Below are positions 1-12,124 of a stretch of DNA of 64,000 nt, piece by piece. Made by a program: the position numbers and the translations under genes. This DNA comes from Octopus vulgaris (taxonomy: Eukaryota): NCBI GenBank assembly GCA_951406725.2, contig OX597833.1, positions 49,352,001-49,416,000 of the forward strand, given 5' to 3'. The stretch's first letter is position 1. Each line of letters starts with the position of its first letter. The notes beneath the pieces are model-generated. The model had not been told where the DNA came from. It worked only from the letters and a program-made list of their open reading frames with translations, and did not search any database.

Positions 1-214
1 TCGGTTGTCAAGCAATGCTAGGGGGACAAACACAGACACACAAACACACACACACATATATATATACGACGGGCTTCTTACAGTTTCCGTCTACCAAATC
101 CACTCACAAGGCCTTGGTCGGCCCGAGGCTATATTGGAAGACACGCAGTGGGACTGAACCCGGAACTATGTGGTTGGTAAGCTAGCTACTTACCACACAG
201 CCACTCCTGCGCCT
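1..214 (-). mobile_element. SINE family A (tRNA head, CORE-like body, internal (TA)n(TG)n), 5' part; 3' end lies outside the window
   Basis: The reverse complement begins aggcgcaggagtggctgtgtggtaagtag with A-box-like TGGCTGTGTGG and B-box-like GGTTCAGTCC. It matches many other copies in this window. Confidence 0.9.
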
Positions 215-541
215 ATAATAGTGATTTATTGAACACAGTATTTCATTTTTGTAGGGAACTGGGGGAACCAAACACCCGTGATAAACGAAGATTGATGTAC
301 CCTCAGTTTGCACGACACTCGGTTTACAAAGTTTCACTTAACACTGATTTTTCTCGAATATTTTACCTTCAATTCTATGTGTACAGAATCACCACTTCGT
401 CGTAAACATTTCACGTTTTCATATTTCTTCGTTTCTGAAGACTAACCATTAACTCAACGGCATTTCTTCCAGTTTTTACGTTCTGAGTTCAAATTCTGTG
501 AACTTCGCCTTTCATCATTTTGGAATCGATAATCAGTTATT

Positions 542-860
542 GGCGGCGAGCTGGCAGAGACGTTAGCACGCCGGGCGAAATGCGTAGCCGTATTTCGTCT
601 GCCGTTACGTTCTGAGTGCAAATTCCGCCGAGGACGACTTTGCCTTTCATCCTTTCGGAGTCGATAAATTAAGTACCAGTTACGCACTGGGGTCGATGTA
701 AATGACTTAATCCGTTTGTCTGTCCTTGTTTGTCCCCTCTATTTTTAGTCCCTTTTGGGCAATAATGAAATAAGAATAAGTATAAGTTGAAGACTGGTAC
801 CAAATTAAATCGACGTAAGCCTTCTCCTTAAAATTGCCGCCCTTGTGCCAAAATCTGCAG
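542..860 (+). mobile_element. SINE family B (tRNA head; body gactttgcctttcatcctttcggggtcgataaa resembles the MetaSINE domain)
   Basis: Head ggcggcgagctggcagagacgttagcacgccggg, B-box-like gagtgcaaattcc, and a body shared with more than 20 units in the window. Confidence 0.85.
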
Positions 861-1181
861 CCATTATACTTTTGGCCTCAATTCTTTGAGAGTGATAAAA
901 GATCGCACTATAAACTAACGCTTAATTTAGAATTACTTTTCTAAATAGTTTATTAAATATTTTCGAAATTGAATAATCGAATATCAAATGTCAATAAAAT
1001 CGATTTTAGAAATGATAATCAATATATTTCTAGGTTGTTTATCGAGAGACTTCATTGTTTTCCTTATTGACATTTGGTCTTATTGTTAGTTCCACTTCAT
1101 CGATAATTATCATTATAAAAAATAAAGGAATAATAAAAATAAGCAACAGCTTTGAAATATGCATTATAATGTGTTGTAATA

Positions 1182-1747
1182 TTGGGTTGTCCGGAAAGTT
1201 CGTGCCGATTTATTGTAGCTTTCCTTTGCGACTTATTATAGAACATGGTTGAGTCCACAAAATAGGATTTGACTACATTTCCATTTGGAGCACAGTTTAA
1301 GCTATCTTTTCGTGGAAGAAGGTTTATGTTCCTATAACCTGTGTTAATTCTGTAACCCTTTAAAATGGAAGATAAGAAAATCCATTTTCGGTACTTGATG
1401 CTTTGGGAACCAGACAAAAATTGCTGCAGCTCGGCTGGGATGTGTTACCCTACCCTCCATATTCACCAGATATTGCTCTTTCGGATTTCCACTTATTCAG
1501 GTCTCTGCAGAATAGTCTTAATGGTAAACATTTCAATTCCTTGGATGACGTAAAAAGATACCTTGATGAATTCTTTGCCATGAAACCACCTGAATTCTGG
1601 GAAGAGGGTATTTTCAAGTTAATGAAAGATGGAGATGCATTATGCAACAAAATGGTTCATATTTGGTTGATTAAAAATGTAATGGCAAGTATTTATTGAG
1701 CTTTTTCTTTCCTTTAAAAATCGGCACTAACTTTCCAGACAACCCAA
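1182..1747 (+). mobile_element. Internally deleted mariner (Tc1/mariner, mellifera-like) element with transposase remnant
   Basis: TIRs ttgggttgtccggaaagttcgtgccgattt / aaatcggcactaactttccagacaacccaa, with TA on both sides (1180-1181, 1748-1749). Encodes N-terminal MEDKKIHFRYLML (ATG 1365) joined out of frame to C-terminal LGWDVLPYPPYSPDIALSDFHLFRSLQNSL (mariner YSPDLAPxD motif). Confidence 0.95.
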
Positions 1748-1893
1748 TATTAAGGAAACAATTGTAAAACGCTCTTTTATTTTGTATAGAAGACAAAACC
1801 CAATACTGTGACAGCTACCCATTTATATATGTACAACACACGCACGTACACGCGCACACATACGCACACGCACACACACACACACACGCACAC

Positions 1894-1991
1894 ATGACGG
1901 GATTCTTTCAGTTTCCGCCAACGAAATCCACTCACAAAGGTTTGGTCGTCCCGAGGCGATAGTAGAAGACACTTGCCTAAGGTACAACGCA
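1894..1991 (-). mobile_element. SINE family A fragment
   Basis: gacgggattctttcagtttccg...gaagacacttgcctaaggt matches the family A body. Confidence 0.85.
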
Positions 1992-2006
1992 TATTATTTA
2001 ATATGC

Positions 2007-2071
<65 letters not shown>

Positions 2072-2074
2072 CAT

Positions 2075-2182
2075 ACTGCGTGGCACCTTAGGCAAGTGTC
2101 TTCTACTGTAGCCTCGGGCTGACCAAAGCCTTGCGAGTGGATTTGGTAGACGGAAAGAAGCCCATCATATATATTTACACAC

Positions 2183-2226
<44 letters not shown>

Positions 2227-2448
2227 ATATATGTTTGTGTGTGTGTGTTTGTCCCCCCACTATCGCTTGACAACCGACGTTGGTGTGTTTACGTCCTCGA
2301 AACTTACCGGTTCGGCAAAAGAACCCGATAGAATAAGTACTAGGCTTATAAAGAATAAGTCCTGGGGCCGATTTGTTCAACCATAGAATGTGCTCCTGCA
2401 TGGCCGCAGTTACATGACTGAAACAAGTAAAAGAATAAAAGAATAAAA
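2075..2448 (+). mobile_element. SINE family A, 5'-truncated
   Basis: Runs ctgcgtggcaccttaggcaagtgtc...gcatggccgcagttacatgactgaaacaagtaaaagaataaaa, with an internal microsatellite. Confidence 0.9.
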
Positions 2449-2482
2449 TTATATATATATATACATACATATATATATATAT

Positions 2483-2560
<78 letters not shown>

Positions 2561-2734
2561 ATTGTGCACTGAAGTCGATGAAATCGACTAAAGCCTTCGT
2601 ACTAGAATGCTGGCCTTGTGCCAAAATTTGAAACTATATATAAATACACACACACACATACATGTATATGCATGTATGTATATGTACGCATGTATACACA
2701 CGCGATAACCGTACTGGTTGTACTATTTCAATAA

Positions 2735-3095
2735 ATACTCTTTTACTTTTTCAGTAATTTGACTGTGGCCATGCTGGAGCACCGCCTTTAGCCGTGCAGA
2801 TCGACCCCCGGATTTATTCTTTGTAAGCTTAGTACTTATTCTATCGGCCTTTTGCCGAACCGGTAAGTTACGGTTGTGAAGCAATGTTGGGGGGTCAAAC
2901 ACAGACACACATACATATATATACATATATACGACGGGCTTCATTCAGTTTCCGTCTACCAAATCCACTCACAAGGCTTTGGTCGGCCCGAAGCTATAGT
3001 AGAAGACACTTGCTCAAGGTGCCACGCAGTGGGACTGAACCCGGAACCATGTGGTTGGTAAGCAAGCTACTTACCACACAGCCACTCCTACGCCT
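2735..3095 (-). mobile_element. SINE family A, near full length
   Basis: Tail-to-head match to family A, ending ccacacagccactcctacgcct. Confidence 0.9.
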
Positions 3096-4268
3096 AATTT
3101 TGTTTGTGTTATTCTTTTAATATCATCAAAGAATGTACGTCCCCGTTTTACACAATTCCGATTTACACGTTGACCTGTGACGGAGCCAAGCAAATGCGTA
3201 AAGCGAGGGACTACTATACGTAAGTGCGAGAGAAGTTTGTTGCTGTTTTAAAGAATTCGTGTTTAGTTGTGTGATCGAGACAGCCAATCTTTCACATTCT
3301 CAAAATATATTTCGGTCTTCTTCATTTTTTTTTTCTTTTCTTTTCAATTTGGCTGTCTTCGATTTGTTTTCAATTTCTTTTTATGTCTATTCTTTATCTA
3401 TTTTATTCCATTTCACCTTTTTCCAATTTCCGTGCATTCTAATTACTTTTTCCTTACTCACTCGGCTTCCATTTACACAGAACCCAGCACCAACTCTCGT
3501 CTTTTCATTACTATTACTGATCAGTATTCTGCAGCACGTTCTCTAAGTGATTGCGTTTTTGAGGCAAGTAGCATTGCTATTTCTCCAGCAAATCACCAAT
3601 ACTCAACAGAGAAAGCTCATCACAAACTGCTAAATATGTCACTCTACTTTGATTTACACTATTAATATTCTATTCCATTTCGCACCCTTTTCTATAATGG
3701 CTTACTGTCAACGTCTTGCCTTTTCTTTTATTGTATTCTATTATATTTACTTCACTTTCTTTCATTTAATTGTTTACATTTTGTTCCCTGATATTTCTAG
3801 TTTGTTTAATAAGAATCTTTATTTTTTTTCCTATTGACATTCACTCTTATGGTTAGTTCCATTTCATTGGCTGTTTACATTTCTCTATAGTAGCCATTTT
3901 TTTTCTGTTGCAATGTTCACAATTTCAAGGGTATTATTTACATTTTAGTGTTTGTTTATCCCTTACATTTTTTTAATATATTTTATATTTATCTTTACTT
4001 CCTGTTTACTTTCCAATCCAATATTTTTTTTCAGTTTACCTCGACCGTTGTAATTTCTATATGATCGCTTGTTGTTCGTTCGATATTTATCTTATTCGTT
4101 GTATATTCATTTACTTTTATGATATACACCAAACCATTATCCCTTTTGTCTATACCGCTTAACAATGTCTCGGTGTCATTGGTATTTTCTTGCTCTTCTT
4201 TTGCTTTTTTCATAGATCCCCCTTTGACTATAAATCATACTTAGTGTTATTGAATTTTATATGCTCTG

Positions 4269-4320
<52 letters not shown>

Positions 4321-4339
4321 TATAATATATATATATGTA

Positions 4340-4584
4340 TAGGGAGAGTTTACGAAAAAAACAAAAGACGAAGACAGGTGGTGTACAAAACAAACAGATG
4401 TATTAGTATAGCGCTTAGGAATAGAAAAAGTCTTTTACGTCTCGAGCCTACGCTCTTCTACAGAAAGGGACACAGAAAAAAAAAAACAAGGAGAGAAACA
4501 AGGAGAGAAAAAAAGAGAGAAAAAAGGAGAGAAAAAAAGGAAAGAAAATAAGTGTGTTTAGTGGCTAACGATCTATCATGGCGA

Positions 4585-4588
<4 letters not shown>
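4340..4588 (-). mobile_element. (TA)n-embedded insert carrying a degenerate hammerhead-like motif (possible Penelope-like pLTR remnant)
   Basis: Minus strand 4430-4471 reads gtccctttCTGTAGAagagc-gtag-gctcGAGACGTAaaagac. The flanks resemble those at 5499 and 21613. Confidence 0.5.
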
Positions 4589-4642
<54 letters not shown>

Positions 4643-4794
4643 CATATATATATATATATCTTTATTCTATGCTCAAAAGGTAAGTAAAATTCTTCTTAAC
4701 TATAGTTTTCTTGTTCTATGCTTGAGTATATGCTGTATGACATAGTTACAGGTCTACTATCAAGAAAAGTTTTACATTCCGTAATGATAGCTAA

Positions 4795-4913
<119 letters not shown>

Positions 4914-5498
4914 GTATATGACTTAGCATTCCTCTTACCCTTCCAGGTGTCCCACTGATTTCCTTCTCTCATCAAACAATGTTATATTTATTCTTTCTCA
5001 AATTTTCTCTTATTCTTCCTTCATTTTCTTCTCTCCCTGAACTTTCACCTCTTATCCTTCATGCCCTCCCCTTGCTCGGACCTTCCTTCCATGTAACAGT
5101 GTTTCACTCCCAAACCCATGCACACCCTTCTATCACAAGCTCTACAATCCTCTTGCCCTCCTTTTTACGTCACATTGGAGTCCACACTCACCTCTCTTTC
5201 ACACACTCTCTTACACACAATGCAATTACACATGCACAAATACACGCGTGCACGCACGCACGCACACCAACGTCTCACACATCAACTAGCTCATGCTACT
5301 ATATTGCCACACTTGTATGCCTTAACACACAAACATCATTCCACCCTAATGCTCACCTCAAAACACCTGTACACTTCTATACAGGCACCCGCTCCTCCTC
5401 CTTATTTTAACTCTTCTTCTCACAGAATCACATTCCTACAGTGACTGTTTTTCCTTCCTTTTCTTTCCTCTCAACCCTTTTCCTCTTACGCTTTTCTT

Positions 5499-5526
5499 CT
5501 GATGAAGGACTAACATCGGAAACGTC
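5499..5526 (+). ncRNA. Minimal type I hammerhead-like core (degenerate)
   Basis: CTGATGA-aggactaacatcg-GAAAC-GTC with palindromic ACGT in stem III. Stems I and II pair poorly. Confidence 0.4.
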
Positions 5527-6365
5527 ACGACTTTTACCCTCAGATATTTTAAGCGTTACACAAATTCAATAGTTGTTAAAAGTTATCCTATCGTGCCCGT
5601 AGAGTTTATAAAATGTAGGAGAAAGAGAAAGAAAATGGAAATCATCAGATTCTTTATTAATCACTGCTATCATTTTAACTCATCGTGCATCGATTCCTCA
5701 CCGATGACACGCTGTACAAACAGTTGTGGTGCATCATTAGAATAGATGTGTCTCGTCAGGCGACTTGTCAACAGGCACTTTGTTTTTTAATCTCAGTTTC
5801 GCCTATTTCAATTAGAATACATTTTGGTAGCTGTCTATAGATACTCCAATACATGACAAACTTGAGTTAAAATGAAGACTTCTCGTATAAGTAATAAATT
5901 GACTTATAAATAAAAGCCGTAAATAAAAGACGTAAATATTCAAACGTAGCTAAACTAACACAGTTTACAAACTCAGTTGTGAAGTCGTGAAATTCCAGTG
6001 TATTTCATTAATGTTTATCTTACTTGGTTATAATACTAGCTGTATTCATTTACTCAATGCTTTATGAGAGGACTTTTACTCAATTTCGACGAGCCCGGCT
6101 GTAAGGAGAAGTTTCTTTCCCAGCTATATTTTCAGTGTTATATCTGTGGCTTTTTCAGTTAAGCGTCCGGCATATTGCTCCCTCACAATTCCAGTTTATA
6201 GTTGATTAAACCCAACCATCATGAATTTATTGAAGTTTCAGAAATAGATCTAGGATATGAACGCAAGAAAGCTCAAGATATAGTAAAGACTATATCGTAG
6301 CTAGTTTGATATAATACACACGACACACATATACATTCAAACACACACACACTAAGAAAGACACA

Positions 6366-6408
<43 letters not shown>

Positions 6409-6790
6409 GCAAACACGCGCAAGCATGCACCCATACAGAGATTAGGTCGAAGTCGTTGCGTGAACGTTCGCCAAAAGAAAATTTTCTCTTCAAATATGAC
6501 TAAATCGTGATACCATAAAGCATTTAATAACACACACACACACAGCACGCGTGCATACGTGATTCTAGTCATTGTCGCCGACGTTAAATCATCGACAGAA
6601 GAGTCGAGGGTTACCGTCGTTTCAAAGAACTATTATGCATCATGTTACGCTGTCACGACCATGAAATGTTACTAAACTCTTATTTGAAATTCCGAAGACG
6701 AGCAATTTTCTTTTCAACCTTTGCGGTTGAATTTAGCTGTTAGTTAATAATATAACAATTCTAGAAGCATAATATTACTAAAGTGAATGC

Positions 6791-6823
<33 letters not shown>

Positions 6824-7214
6824 AATATAAACAAGAAGGGTAGTAATATTATTTACTACCAGGTGCCCAGCACAAAAGACGAATTAGTCATAAGACAAAA
6901 ATATTATTCATATAGAAAAATATTATTCATGTAGTTATACAATAAAGGGCTCCTAAATTAAGATGCCGAGTGCTGGGAACACAAAAAGGGGATGAATTTA
7001 TCGAGAGTGAAAATCAAAAACGTTTACCGATAACTTTATATATATACATATATATATATATATTTATATATATATATGTATATGTATGTATGTATGCATG
7101 TATGTATTTATGTATGTATGTATGTATGTATGTATGTATGTATGTATGTATGTATGTATGTGTATGTATGTATGTATGTATGTAAGTATATATATATATA
7201 TACACGTAACATTC

Positions 7215-7320
7215 ATAACATAAATGTTAGTCAGCGGCGTTATGAGCAAGGTGTATATCACATGATAATATTGCTAGAATGAATCTATCTAAATACGTAT
7301 ACATACATACATAAACGTTT

Positions 7321-7403
<83 letters not shown>

Positions 7404-7905
7404 CACATGTATATATACATACATATATATATATATATTAATGACACACCTAACATAAATGTTAGTTAGCAGTGTTGTAAGCACGGTTTATTACACTAAT
7501 ATTGCTAAAGTGGATATATCTAAATATACAAATATATTCATAATAAGCATAACATAAATGTTTATCGTTAGTGTTGTGAGCAAGATTTATCTCGCGTTAT
7601 AATATTATTAAAGTGAATGTATTTAAATATATCGCATATACTCATTATGCGCATAGCATAAGTGTTAGGCAGTATTGTAGTAATGACGGTTTATTTCACG
7701 TTTTAATATTACTAAAGCGAACGTATTTAAATGTACGTATATACTCATAACATACATAACGGAAATGTTAGTCAGTGATGTTGTAATTAAGGTATACTTC
7801 ACATGATAATACTGTTAAAGTGACTGTATTTAAATATACATACATACTCATAATATACGTAAGAAAGCAGTGTTGTAAACATGGTTTATTTCACATGATA
7901 ACGTT
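7215..7905. repeat. Diverged ~100-bp tandem minisatellite, about 6 units, interrupted by (TA)n
   Basis: Recurrent taacataaatgttagtcagtg-tgttgtaag-caaggtttatttcacatgataatattgctaaagtgaatgtatttaaatata near 7215, 7451, 7550, 7655, 7757 and 7860. Confidence 0.8.
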
Positions 7906-8139
7906 TAGTTTCTTTATGATTACTTTATACTCTTGTATCTAATACAGATTTGTCACACAAGCTTATTGGTTCGTACGTTTCTTCAGAGTATCAAGTCTTT
8001 GAACCAACGGAGCTTGTCGTGGTAATAGAATGCGTTTAAATGTTGATGAGGTTATTTTTGCCGCTTCTCCTTCCGTAATCGGTAAATTAGATACCAGCCA
8101 TGTATTTCGTCGGAGAAAGAGCTCATCTGAGGCGATAGT

Positions 8140-8501
8140 ACTTGTGACGGCGTTCACCTTGGGCGGGTTGAGCCGGCTTCTTCTCATAGAAGCTTCGTGG
8201 GAATATTGAATTCACAAGCGGTCCCCGACATCCCGCATGCATATCCCGAGTGACGGGACGCCCTGTTTGCCGCGGAGTTTCCACAGAGGCAGGGACAGAA
8301 CGACCTCGAAGCCGCTGGTTGCCGATCAGACGCCTCTTGGAATTTTCACCAGAGCCCCGTTGGCCAGGTTGCAGCCCTAACACCGCTCGGTGCCAGACCA
8401 ATCCGTCTTGGGCGACCCTACCAGGAACCGAAGTTCCCGACGGCATAGCTCTGACACTGCCCGTTTACACCACCCTGCCGCTTTGAGGAGGGGTTGGACT
8501 T
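8140..8501 (-). mobile_element. GC-rich 362-bp non-autonomous retroelement, probably RTE-derived
   Basis: Exact 12-bp direct repeat tgaggcgatagt at 8128-8139 and 8502-8513 (TSD). The minus strand contains gagctatgccgt...tagggtcgcccaagacgg, resembling RTE/BovB 5' regions as recalled, and ends in acaagt. Confidence 0.65.
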
Positions 8502-8589
8502 TGAGGCGATAGTCTCAACCTTAAATTCACATCTACCAATGTAAATCGATATTATTTTTTTTTCAGTTTCCAATATCAATGGTTATTTT

Positions 8590-8810
8590 AAGGCAACAAG
8601 CTGGCAGAAACGTTAACCCGCCGAACAAAATGCTTAGTTGCATTTCGTCCGTTTTTACGTTCTGAGTGCAAATTCCGCAGTGGCCGAGTTTGCTTTTTAT
8701 TTTTTTCACGGTCGATAAAATAAGTACCAGTTGAACACTTGGGTCGCTATGATCGACATAGCACCTACCCACAAAAATTGCTGGCCTTGTGCCAAAATTT
8801 GAAACTAATA
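8590..8810 (+). mobile_element. SINE family B, older monomer
   Basis: aaggcaacaagctggcagaaacgttaa...gtcgataaaataagtaccag...ggccttgtgccaaaatttgaaac. Confidence 0.8.
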
Positions 8811-8998
8811 TACATCGATTTTATTTCATTTCCAATGTTAACGAGTAGTTTTTTCTTAACGTAATTCATTAACTTTTCGACCTCTTTCTAAACCCTCCTT
8901 CATCATCCATTGAATCTCATTGTCCACCCGGTTTATCTTCTCAAAAAAGAAGAAGAAAAATATAAAGATCAAATTCCTTTTCGAGCCATAAACTAATA

Positions 8999-9217
8999 GG
9001 GCCAGTTTCCCGGTTTCCATGGCGTGTATATATTCTCCACCAGAACGGGATACCGTTGCGTCGCAGGATTACCCACTTTTGTCAGCCGAGCAGACTGGAA
9101 CAACTGGAAATGAAGAGCTTTGCTCAAAAACATAAATCACCGCCCGGTCCAGGAATCGAAACCACAATATAAAGATCCTGAGTATAACACCCTAACCACT
9201 AAGCCACATACCTCCAC
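8999..9217 (-). mobile_element. Older tRNA-derived SINE related to families C/D
   Basis: Reverse complement head gtggaggtatgtggcttagtggttagggtg...ggtttcgattcctggaccgggcg; tail gaaaccgggaaactggccc as in the 22769 copy. Confidence 0.7.
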
Positions 9218-9245
9218 GCCTTATCTTCTGCCTACTTGAGATATC

Positions 9246-10027
9246 TATTTCTTTACTACACACAAGGAGCTGAACATAGAGGGGACAAACAAGGACAGAC
9301 AGACGGATTAAGTCGATTATATCGACCCCAGTGCGTAACTGGTACTTATTTTAATCGACCCCGAAAGGATAAAAGGCAAAGTCAACCTCGGCAGAATTTG
9401 AACTCAGAACGTAACGGCAGACGAAATACTGATTTCCTTACTACCCACAAGGGGCTAAACATAGAGGGGACAAACAAGGACAGACAAACGGATCAAGTCG
9501 ATTATATCGATCCCAGTGCATAACTGGTACTTATTTAATCGCCCATGAAAGGATGAAAGGTAAAGTCGACCTCGGCGGAATTTGAACTCAGAACGCAACG
9601 GCAGACGAAATACCTATTTCTTTACTACCCACAAGGGGCTAAACATAGAGGGGACAAACAAGGACAGACAAAAGGGTAAAGTCGATTATATCGACCCCAG
9701 TGCATAACTGGTACTTATTCAATCGACCCCGAAAGGATGAAAGGCAAAGTCGACCTCGGTGGAATTTGAACTCAGAACGTAACGGCAGACGAAATACCTA
9801 TTTCTTTACTACCCACAAGGGACTAAACACAGAGGGGACAAACAAGGACAGACATAGGTATTAAGTCGATTACATCGACCCCGGTGCATAACTGCTACTT
9901 ATTTAATCGACCCGGAAAGGATGAAAGGTAAAGTCGACCACGGCGGAATTTGAACCCAGAATGTAGCGGTAGACGAAATACCGCTAAGCATTTCGCCCGG
10001 CTAACGATTCTGCCAGCTCGCCGCCTT
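9246..10027 (-). mobile_element. SINE family B tetramer (one head plus four ~185-bp units)
   Basis: Units start near 9246, 9431, 9615 and 9799. A 15-bp TSD cctacttgagatatc (9231-9245, 10028-10042) brackets the whole array. Confidence 0.92.
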
Positions 10028-11010
10028 CCTACTTGAGATATCAGTCAGTCCGAACGTGCAGCTTATCTTCTCACCACTATCACTACTTTATATTATTACT
10101 TTGTTCTTTGTGCTTCCTGTTAACTTTCGTATTTCGCTTCTCTTTTCTTTGGACTCATTATCTATTCATTTCTTCATTTCTTAGTCGTTTTTATATTCGT
10201 TTTATTCTGCCATTCTCGTCTAGCGTCGTTATTTACCTTAACGTTACTTCATACACCACCTTCCGGTTTTCTCACACAGTTTCGGATTTCCATTTGTTCC
10301 GAATTCCTTCAGAGATTACTTACTCTACGATGTGTCAACAAAACAATAACTCGTTCAATTCCTACCAAACAATTGTTGATGCTGGTCGTCGTTTACGTTT
10401 GACAGAACGAATTCCAATCTTAAAGACGGGTCCTGGAAAACGAGTCAATAACTTCGTTTTATTTGTTCTTCGCTTTTAACGGTTTGTTTTCACGAAAGCG
10501 ATTGATAACGAGCGCGGATAACTTCGTTTAGTGTCCTACTGAGAGTTGCTCTGTGATCAAGGATTCACCTTTCCATTTCCACACACACCAATGTCTAGTG
10601 TGTGTGTGTGTGTGTGTGTGGTTTGCATATTTGCGTGTGTATGTGTGTGTGCATGCGCGTGCATATTTGTATAAATATGGCTGCCATAGAACGGAAGTTC
10701 TGAGGTGATGCCGATGAATGTAGAACTATTCATGTAGCTGAGGAGGAACATTAAAGTGAATAGCTATCAACAGTGTATGATTGTATATAATAATAATAAT
10801 ATTTGCGACTGTTTACCGTCGGAGATGAGCAAAAAATGAAATGCAGTTTTGTGATCTGTTAGAACACGAATGAAGAACGAAGTGCTATCTCTCAACGAAA
10901 ACAGATATCAAATGTTGATTGTATTTGGCGATGTTATGTTGATTGCAGGTGTCCTGGATATAGCTGAATCTAGTGTATATATTTGCATATTTGCATCTAA
11001 TCACATACTT

Positions 11011-11041
<31 letters not shown>

Positions 11042-11238
11042 TACTCTCTCCATCACGTATGCACACGCACAGAAATATAAGCTTCACATAGTATTTAAGG
11101 CTATTTGTGTACATAGTGTGTGATTGTGAACTTATTTGCTTTGACGTTCGTTTCGGTATTTACCAAGTATTAAGGACATCTAATCGTGACATAGGATTTC
11201 TCTTGCAAAAGGTGACACTTCTAGTATTACACGCTATG

Positions 11239-11252
11239 GTTACCATAGAAAC
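11239..11252. promoter_or_regulatory. Candidate RFX X-box with adjacent ETS-like CGGAAG
   Basis: GTTACCATAGAAAC fits the X-box consensus GTHNYY-AT-RRNAAC and lies in non-repetitive sequence. This is a motif match only. Confidence 0.3.
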
Positions 11253-11556
11253 GGAAGCGATGTGGAATGAAAGAACTGATGGACAGAGAAACACATAATC
11301 GACGCTACGTAGATAAGAGCTGACGTAGAATACACACTTGATTCACTGCATACACGGCAATATGTCAATGTATAGAAAACAAATCGATGAAACTTATGCA
11401 TCTATTTACACTCCTCCCATCAAAATCATTAAACGCGCATTTCCAACGTGTGCCAAAAGAGAAAAAAAAAAAAAAAAAACGTGATTTGTATATGAAAACG
11501 ATTATGAAATAAAAGAAACATGTCTGTGTGAATTGCTTTTAAAATTATTACTAAAC

Positions 11557-11611
<55 letters not shown>

Positions 11612-11614
<3 letters not shown>

Positions 11615-12124
11615 TTATATATAAAAGTGAGGTTGTGTGAGTGTCTGTCCCCTTCGATTTAGATTCCTAACTACTCCCACATTTTGCGGTGCAGTTTAAC
11701 CAAATTCGGGTATCTTATAGTCGTGATTAATATCGAGCCCGTCTGAGTATTAGCGCGCGTCTACGATGAGTCTACGATTTAAAAAATAATTTAACATCAT
11801 TTTTTATTCCATTTTAATGCATAATTTTTCGTGTGCCGATGGCGGCGGAGTTGGCGTCCATGGTCACACCTGCACCTGTTTGCTTCTCCCCCTTCTTCCC
11901 TCCCTCGGGAAGCTGTGGGGAAGGGAGTGTAAGGAAATCAACGTCGTAAAGCGTTGTAAAGGAGACCAGCGTTCTTTTAGAACAATAACTTCATGGCTTG
12001 AAGACACCAAAACAGAAATGGCTAAGAAAGCCCGAATTGGCATCTATAAGGGAAGTAACTCTCTAAAAATGCTTATATAGTTATTTCCCTTACAAACCCG
12101 AGCAACGCCGGGCGATACTGCTAG
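11612..12124 (+). mobile_element. Non-autonomous Helitron, copy 1
   Basis: 5' TC (tctttatatataaaag) after an A; subterminal hairpin cccgagcaacgccggg followed by cgatactgCTAG; no TSD. Confidence 0.88.

Noticed and set aside
4031-4213. 60-aa ORF with plausible composition
   Set aside because: No recognisable domain, splice support or neighbouring exons; it lies in strand-biased low-complexity sequence.
8123-8486. Overlapping 107-aa and 78-aa ORFs, or an LTR polypurine tract at gaggagggg
   Set aside because: No recognisable protein motifs or LTR pair; better explained by the TSD-flanked GC-rich retroelement.
9246-10027. Regularly spaced repeats resembling a CRISPR array
   Set aside because: The entire ~185-bp unit repeats with no unique spacers, there are no cas genes, and the context is a eukaryotic SINE.
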